The translations under genes and the position numbers were made by a program. Below are positions 57,260 through 64,000 of a DNA stretch of 64,000 nucleotides, one piece after another. A model generated the notes under the pieces. It was not told where the DNA came from. It did not search any database and was given only the letters and a program-made list of their open reading frames with translations. Source of the DNA: Histomonas meleagridis 2922-C6/04-290x. Its lineage: Eukaryota > Protista > Parabasalia. The DNA lies in contig JAANOX010000021.1 in assembly GCA_020184695.1 (NCBI GenBank), forward strand, positions 1-64,000. The letters are read 5' to 3'. The stretch's first letter is position 1; the number at the start of each line of letters is the position of its first letter.

Positions 57260-58160
57260 AGTTTCAAAATAAAATATTAGATGTTAATCCAATATATATA
57301 TATATTTTTAAATATTTGAGAGTATGACATTTTATTTTGAGTTTATTGAGTTTTTTTTGAAACAATACTTCATTTAGAAGTATACGTAGAGGTCACATTG
57401 AAGTTACAAAAAGACTTCTAGAACGAGTGGGAATTGATATATATATATGTTATAGATATTTATTTGTTTTATCTGAAAATTATTTTAATGATTTATTTTT
57501 TCAAAATAGTATTTGGGAATTATTTTAAACAACACTTATTTCTGCATCTTTTAATGGTCACACAAAAATTGTTAAATTAATTCTTAAACAAAAATGAATT
57601 GATTTATATATATATGTTAAAGATATTTATTTGTTTTCTTAATAATTTATAATAATATTTTGAAACAATATTTGGAAATCATTTAAAAAAATATTTAGTA
57701 CAGAATTTTTTTTTGCATCTTCTAATGTTACACAAATATAGTTAAATTACTTCTTGAACAGAAAGGAATTGAGATTAACACTATAAATATTTATTTGAAT
57801 TATTTGATATATATTTTAAAAATTTTATATTTCGAAACAATATTTGGAAATAATTTGAATTATTTAGAACAGCACTTATATTAGTATCTGAAAATGGTCA
57901 TATAGAAATTGTTAAATTACTTCTTGTCCATAAAAATGTTGATATTAATATAAGAAATTATTTTGTTTTATATAGAATTTATATTAATAAATAAAATTAT
58001 GAAATAATACATGGAATTTAATTAAATAATATAAAGATGCACCTGTCATATCAGCAGAAAATAGAAGATTTGACATCATTCAATCGTTTGCGAATAAATT
58101 CCATTCTAATTATGGAAAATATCAAAATTGTACTGACATTGAAAAACGTAAAAAATAATC
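57260..58160 (+). pseudogene. Ankyrin-repeat array with a 70-80 nt AT-rich spacer in every repeat
   Basis: TTLISASFNGHTKIVKLIL, TALILVSENGHIEIVKLLL etc., period 164-170 nt; stops and a frameshift within repeats. Confidence 0.75.
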
Positions 58161-58601
58161 ATAAGTATCAAGCAAAAAAAAATATAATAAAAATAAATGC
58201 CTATTGAATATCATTCGAATGTTTATGTAAAAAATTCTTAATTTTTTAAGTTATTACAAAATTTCAGCTCTGACTTATTGTATATACGATAAACATTAAA
58301 TCATGTGTAAAATATATAATTTATAAATACATTATGAAGATATTCTCATTTTAACCTATTTTTGAGATTTTATAAAAACTTACATAATGACCAAATTTAA
58401 TTAATGATCAAATTTTTGTTCAAAAGGTAAATGCATAAGTTTCACATCGATTTAATTCGAAATTAGAATATATGCATTTAAAAATATTTTATGTAGAATT
58501 TACTAATCATTAAACAGTAGCTTATAAACCAAAATATATTATAATTTTAACCAGTAATTTATTAAAAAACAAAGTTTTTACACCACTTTATATACATTTA
58601 C

Positions 58602-60074
58602 TTACAAAACATTCATTTCTAGGATTGCTTCTTGATAAGCTTTTGGAAGGAAGTCTATGTCGCCGTCCTTTAGCACTCCCTTTGGCAGGTATTTCACGAA
58701 CTCAGGTCCCATTTTCAGTATGTATTCGACGACCAAATTTCTTCTTTCCTCTTCAATCAATTGTTTTCTTCTTTCTTCTCTTTCTTTCTGCAACCTAAGG
58801 ACATTTAACTCTTCTTCTTTTGCCTGTTGTAACATTTTTCTTCTTTGCAAAATATGCGCTTCTAATTCTCTTCTATATCTACTTATTTTAATTGCGTTTT
58901 TTTCTTGTTCAAGTTGCTCAAGTCTTTTAAATCGTTCATTTTCTTCAATCATTTCTTTTCGCGCTTTTTCTTCTTCTTGTTTGGATAACATTAATTTCCT
59001 TTGTTTCTCTTCTTCATGTTCTTTCATATATTGTCTTATTTCTTCGTGTTGACGTCTTATTTTTTCCGATTCTTCGATTTCTTTCTGCTTTAATCGTTCT
59101 AATTCTTTCTCATATTCTAAATCAATGATTAGTTGCTCATATTCTTCGCGTTCTTTCTCTTGTCTTCGAATGTTACGGCCGATTTCTTCTGCTACAATGT
59201 TTCGAGCTATTTCTCTTAGTTTCGATTGTTCTTGAGCTCGTTGAAGTCGTTCATCTACATCTTGAATATATTCATAGATTTTACGATCTTCTTCTTCTTC
59301 AAGTGCTTTTTCGGCTGCTTTAAGTGCGGCGCGTTGTTTCAAAAATTGATCAATTTCATGTTTAGTCCTTTGCATCCTTTCAAGTTTTTCTTGTCGTTGC
59401 CGAATATATTCTTCACGTTCTCTTTTTTCAGCTTCTTCGATAAGCTTTTTATCATGTTCACGTTCAATTTCATAAAGTAATTTCTTGCGATTTCGTTTTT
59501 CTTGTAATTGTTGTTGAACAAAAATTTGATCATTTCGAAGCTTCTCGGCTTTTGCCTTGCGTATTTCTGCTTCACGTGCTTCTTCTTCTTGATTAATTTT
59601 GTTGATGCGCTGTCGTTCCATAGCTGCTTCTAAACGTTGTTCTTCTTTCCACATTCGACGCTCTTTGATCTGGTTATCAAGTATTTGGTTGATTACAGCT
59701 AGTTCAAGTTTCGATTGAAGTTCTCGAATTTCTGCAGAATTTTCTCGAATTCCTTGTCGCAACTTAGAATTACGAAGTTTTTCTTCTTGTTGGCGACTCA
59801 TTTCTTTTGCAATATTATCAAGTTCTATATTTCGCTGTTGTTGTTCTTCAATGTTTTTTTGATGTTGATATAATTTATTTGCTAGCTCAAATTCTCTATC
59901 TGCTAACATTTGTCTCTTTACTCTTCTATTTATATCAGCACGAATATCAGCTTCATATGCGACCCTTGCATTCCAATCTTTTTTTTCTTCTTCCTTGGCT
60001 TTCATTATTTCGCGCTCGTAGGCTTTTCTGTTTTTAATTCTTTTCTGTGCTTGTTTTAATCCAGCATGTCTCAT
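58602..60074 (-). CDS. MNS1: MNS1-like (TPH domain) axonemal coiled-coil protein
   Basis: EIRELQSKL...QI motif and C-terminal YLPKGVL..D typical of MNS1. Confidence 0.75.
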   Translation of the reverse strand: MRHAGLKQAQKRIKNRKAYEREIMKAKEEEKKDWNARVAYEADIRADINRRVKRQMLADREFELANKLYQHQKNIEEQQQRNIELDNIAKEMSRQQEEKLRNSKLRQGIRENSAEIRELQSKLELAVINQILDNQIKERRMWKEEQRLEAAMERQRINKINQEEEAREAEIRKAKAEKLRNDQIFVQQQLQEKRNRKKLLYEIEREHDKKLIEEAEKREREEYIRQRQEKLERMQRTKHEIDQFLKQRAALKAAEKALEEEEDRKIYEYIQDVDERLQRAQEQSKLREIARNIVAEEIGRNIRRQEKEREEYEQLIIDLEYEKELERLKQKEIEESEKIRRQHEEIRQYMKEHEEEKQRKLMLSKQEEEKARKEMIEENERFKRLEQLEQEKNAIKISRYRRELEAHILQRRKMLQQAKEEELNVLRLQKEREERRKQLIEEERRNLVVEYILKMGPEFVKYLPKGVLKDGDIDFLPKAYQEAILEMNVL

Positions 60075-60212
60075 GGAAATTTTATGTTTTTTGTTTATTC
60101 ATTAACGTATTTTTACTCCAGTTTCCATTTTAATCTACAAAAGCATATAGAACTTCCATAATTAGTATTTAGACAGGAAGCAGTAGGAAATTTCTCTTCT
60201 CAATATAAAAGA

Positions 60213-60215
<3 letters not shown>

Positions 60216-60247
<32 letters not shown>
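60216..60247. repeat. (AT)16 microsatellite
   Basis: Direct reading. Confidence 0.95.
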
Positions 60248-60249
<2 letters not shown>

Positions 60250-60391
60250 AATTAATTTCGAATTTATTCTTCAAAGTATTCAAAAAACATTTTCTAAATT
60301 TATTATGTATCCATGATTTTATTAAGATTCAAACATTTATTTATTTGTTAGATGGGAAATATTAGCATTTCTTACAAGATATTTTATCGTA

Positions 60392-60979
60392 TTAACAACA
60401 ACCATTTTTTTTGTTAATTTTCTTAAAAATATCGATATCTTCTTCTTTTTTATTCTGATTTATATAATATGCAAGAGAGATATCACAAGCTATTTGATTG
60501 AATATTGGAGCTACAGAATTATATAATGTTGCTGTTGAAGAGAAGAAAGGAAATCCATTTGTTTGTGCATATTGAATAAGGTCTGTCATTGGAATTGTAT
60601 CTGGAAGATCTATTTTATTTGCAACAATATATATCTTACATTCTGGAGAACAGTTTTTCCTAACACAATCAACCCATTCTTCTATGCATGTACAATTTGC
60701 TTTGCCTGAAGCATCAATAACAATAATTGCTGCTATTGCAGATCGAGAATACATTGGAACAAGACATCTATATTTTTCTTGTCCAGCTGTATCCCAAATA
60801 TTCAATGTAACAGGGCCTTTTTCTGTCTGAATTGTACTTGAGAGGAAAGATGATCCAATAGTTGGTTGAACCTCTTGACTAAAATAATGAAGATTGTACT
60901 GTGTCAGGATTGATGTTTTTCCAACTGATGTATCACCAATAATAACAACTTTGAAGCCAGGAACCAATTCTTCAACCAT
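60392..60979 (-). CDS. Rab-family small GTPase
   Basis: GDTSVGKTS, WDTAGQE, NKID, C-terminal CC. Confidence 0.93.
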   Translation of the reverse strand: MVEELVPGFKVVIIGDTSVGKTSILTQYNLHYFSQEVQPTIGSSFLSSTIQTEKGPVTLNIWDTAGQEKYRCLVPMYSRSAIAAIIVIDASGKANCTCIEEWVDCVRKNCSPECKIYIVANKIDLPDTIPMTDLIQYAQTNGFPFFSSTATLYNSVAPIFNQIACDISLAYYINQNKKEEDIDIFKKINKKNGCC

Positions 60980-61226
60980 TTTTATGGTTCAGTCAGGTGG
61001 AAGATCACATAACCGCATTAATCTCTGAAAAAAATGAAGCAAAAATTTTTATTGGAATTGAAAACAAACCGCTTCACAAAATTTGAAATAGCATTTCAAA
61101 AGCATTTAAATTTGGATAAAACAAAATTTTAGTGAAAACAATTTTTTCTCCTGAGAACAGTTTGAAAATTACCCTTAGATATATCATTAGTTTTATTTGA
61201 ATGAGTATCTCAAAAAAGGGTTAACC

Positions 61227-61973
61227 CTATCTAGATTCTGCAAAATCTATTGCTTCAGGTGGAAATGAACTTGGAAATATGGATGAAAGTTTTGATGGAA
61301 ATGATGGTAATTTGATTGAAGGTGGAAGTTCTGGCCATAAATTCGGAGTACCAAGTAATAACAATTGTTGGCGGAGGATTTTAACCTCTGACTCTTCATC
61401 AAAAGCTAATTTTCCTAAAATAAGTTCTATAAATATACACCCACAACTCCATATGTCAACACTATTTGTGTAATTCGTAGCACCTATGAGAATTTCAGGT
61501 GCTGAATATTGCAATGTACACATTTTAGGCGTGTGTGGTCTTTGATTTATTTCTTTTGAAAGACCGAAATCACATATTTTAATTGTGAATTCCTCATTAA
61601 TCAATATATTTGTGGATGTTAAATCTCTGTGTATCCATCCTTTTTGGTGAATATAACAAATAGCGCAAAGCAATTCTCTCATTGTTTTTTTAATTAATTC
61701 GATTGATAAAGGATGATTTCTAAGTATAAATGTAAAAAGATCGATTCCAAATTATTCATATACAAGAAGGACCTTATCTTTTTCATATATTTTATCTAAT
61801 AATTTAACAATATGATCATGCTTTAGATTTAATAAAGCATTTATTTCACGATTTGTTGTTGTTGAATAGGCACATTCTTTAATAGCAACCAAGTCATTAC
61901 TTTCTTTATCTTCTCCTAGACATACAGATCCATATGTTCCTTTTTCTATTATTTTGATTTTTTTGTAGCGCAT
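61227..61973 (-). pseudogene. CDK-like (CMGC) kinase with an in-frame TAA and truncated C-terminus
   Basis: GTYGSV, VAIKE, then LVYE*FGIDL in frame, HRDLTSTN, DFG, APE, DIWSCG. Confidence 0.8.
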
Positions 61974-62156
61974 GAAATCCTAACGTACAATTTGCACCAC
62001 CCCAACGACATCGTTTTTATTGAAAAATCGTTTGTTACGGACAATTGGAACGGTAAAAGTATACTTTTCAAAAAGTCACCGGATTTTTCAATAAAAACCA
62101 ATTTACGACCATTCAAATTTGAATTGATTTTTTGTTCGTTTTACTTCATTTTTTGG

Positions 62157-62753
62157 ATGGGAAACGATGGAAGCAAAATCAAAGTCAAAAAGACCAAGTT
62201 AACCAAGAAGCTTGTCTCTGATTTGGTAGCAAGCACTCACTTTAGCGAAGAAGAAATCAACATTCTCTTTGAAAAGTATGGATATCTGAGCAAATTGGGC
62301 CATGACGATGGTACTATAGACATGGAAGAGTTCAAGGAAGCATTGGGCCTCAGAAGCGTTGGCTTTGCTCAGCGCATATTTGCTGCATTTGATCGCGATA
62401 ATAGTGCAACAATTGAATTCCCTGAGTATGTTAAAGGTCTTTCTTCAATTTGTCCAAGAGCTTCGATAGACGAAAAGGCAAAGTTCTGTTTCGGACTCTT
62501 TGACGTTGATGGAAATGGAACAATTGAAAGACAAGAGCTTAAAAGTGTTTTAGCCTTAAGCATGAAGGAAAATGGCTCTGTAAAGCTTACGCTTGAACAA
62601 TTGAATCAATCTGTTGAAGAAACATATCGTCAAATTGATACTGATGATAATGGTGTTATTTCTTATGACGAATTCCTTGGCGCAGCCAGAGCAAATCCAT
62701 CTATTCTCAATTGTGTTAATGTTGATGTTGAGCATTTGCTCCAAAAGAAATAA
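62157..62753 (+). CDS. Calcineurin-B-like/NCS EF-hand calcium sensor
   Basis: ATG at 62157 (MGNDGS, myristoylation-like); EF-hand loops DRDNSATIEFPE, DVDGNGTIERQE, DTDDNGVISYDE. Confidence 0.9.
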   Translation: MGNDGSKIKVKKTKLTKKLVSDLVASTHFSEEEINILFEKYGYLSKLGHDDGTIDMEEFKEALGLRSVGFAQRIFAAFDRDNSATIEFPEYVKGLSSICPRASIDEKAKFCFGLFDVDGNGTIERQELKSVLALSMKENGSVKLTLEQLNQSVEETYRQIDTDDNGVISYDEFLGAARANPSILNCVNVDVEHLLQKK

Positions 62754-63083
62754 GATTTTTTCTTCATCAAAACATCATTAAATATTTCATTTTATATTTT
62801 GTTTCTTTATTTATTTTTCATTCCTAGATAACTGATCATTAAAATTGTTTTCCATTATAAATTATTTGAATTAATTTTCAAAGTGATAATTGATGCATCG
62901 AATTCTCGAAATCTCTGTTTAATCCCATGTATTGATCATATCTTAATTAAATTCCGCATTTTCTATTTCCTAACAGCTTAAAAATTCAATGCATATCTGA
63001 TATTCAATATTTTCTATGAGAGCTTTCGATTTCAAATCTGTAATAAAACCGTCTCTGATACTTTAAATTTGCTGCAATAAAAG

Positions 63084-64000
63084 ATGGAAGTGATTAATTT
63101 TGAAAGCATGCTTAATTCACTCCAAAAATTAATATTCCATTTAACTGAAGATAATATGGAGAATTCAGTTCAACAAACTTTAAATTTGTTCGATCCAAAT
63201 TTCCCTTATTCATTTAATTTCACAATTTGTAAAATCGTTTATTCGGCATTTTGTAAGCAAAATAATGAAATATATAAATTCATAAATTATTTAAAATTAA
63301 TTCAAACAAAAGAAGAAGAAATGGACAAAAGTATTCCAAAAATTATTGATATTTTTATTGACCAAATCATTAAAATCAAATCACATGATGCATATTTTAT
63401 TATTGAAAAGATGATTGAGAAAAATTTAATTGATAAAAATGTTACTAAAAATATTTCATCACCATACTTTGCACATTACAAAACAGAAGATAAAAATAAA
63501 ATAAAAAAATATTTTTACTCTCATTACAGAAAAAATTTTGAAGAGCTTTCAAGGAACAATTGGGAACTTCATAAGAAATATGTTAAAGAAGGAGTCAATG
63601 AAAATGAAATTGCTAAAATAATTCGATATGATGAAATAGAAAAACTTCAAGAAATATCATCACAAACTAATTTTGATTTTAATCAAAGAATTACACCGTC
63701 TCCTTATGAAAGATGTTCATTTATTAATCAATATTATGTTACATTAATTGAATATGCAGCATTCTTTGGATCTGTAAAATGTTTCAAATATTTACTTATG
63801 AACAATGTAAATGTAGAAAATACAGGTAAATATGCAGTTGCAAGTGGAAATGAAGAAATCATTCATTTATGTGAACAAAATCATTCATCATTTAAAGATG
63901 CATATGAAACAGCAATTAAATTCCATCAAAATGATATCTTTAGATATATTTTTGAAAACAAATTACAAAAATTTTATGATGTTTATGATGATGTTGAAGG
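63084..64000 (+). CDS. DUF3447/ankyrin-family protein (runs off the window)
   Basis: Open from ATG 63084 to the window end; LIEYAAFFGSVKCFKYLL and KYAVASGNEEIIHLCEQ. Confidence 0.75.
   Translation, partial: MEVINFESMLNSLQKLIFHLTEDNMENSVQQTLNLFDPNFPYSFNFTICKIVYSAFCKQNNEIYKFINYLKLIQTKEEEMDKSIPKIIDIFIDQIIKIKSHDAYFIIEKMIEKNLIDKNVTKNISSPYFAHYKTEDKNKIKKYFYSHYRKNFEELSRNNWELHKKYVKEGVNENEIAKIIRYDEIEKLQEISSQTNFDFNQRITPSPYERCSFINQYYVTLIEYAAFFGSVKCFKYLLMNNVNVENTGKYAVASGNEEIIHLCEQNHSSFKDAYETAIKFHQNDIFRYIFENKLQKFYDVYDDVE

Noticed and set aside
61752-61754. Stop-codon reassignment (TAA as sense)
   Set aside because: Most intact genes in the window end in TAA and long ORFs have no internal TAA/TAG; the isolated case is better explained by decay.

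Overview
AT-rich eukaryotic DNA, most likely from a parabasalid (trichomonad-like) protist. This is inferred from intron-poor genes, TCA-type initiator motifs before ATGs, and BspA, DUF3447-ankyrin and Maverick families. The first ~15 kb is a graveyard of mobile and decayed DNA. It holds a degenerate Maverick/Polinton (A32-like packaging ATPase, rve integrase, phage-fibre-like gene, stand-alone chromodomain ORF, GC-rich hairpins, nested repeats), SWIM/FAR1-like fragments, an ASCC3-like helicase pseudogene split by a 1273-bp mariner, and a tyrosine-recombinase remnant just downstream of a tRNA-Glu gene. From ~15.2 kb the window is mostly intact host genes: a bacterial-type MTA/SAH nucleosidase head-to-head with an AMT1/MTA1-type MT-A70 adenine methyltransferase, HEAT/ARM proteins, a CARMIL-like LRR protein, an SCP phosphatase, Cfd1, a Nup205-like protein, acyl-CoA synthetase, UBL-UBA, RhoGEF, SAS-6, an ERD2-like protein, RPA2, DHHC, MNS1, Rab and a CBL-like EF-hand protein. 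Pseudogenes there include BspA, Ras, a CDK-like kinase and an ankyrin array with regularly placed non-coding spacers. All family calls come from motif recognition by eye; no database search was run.
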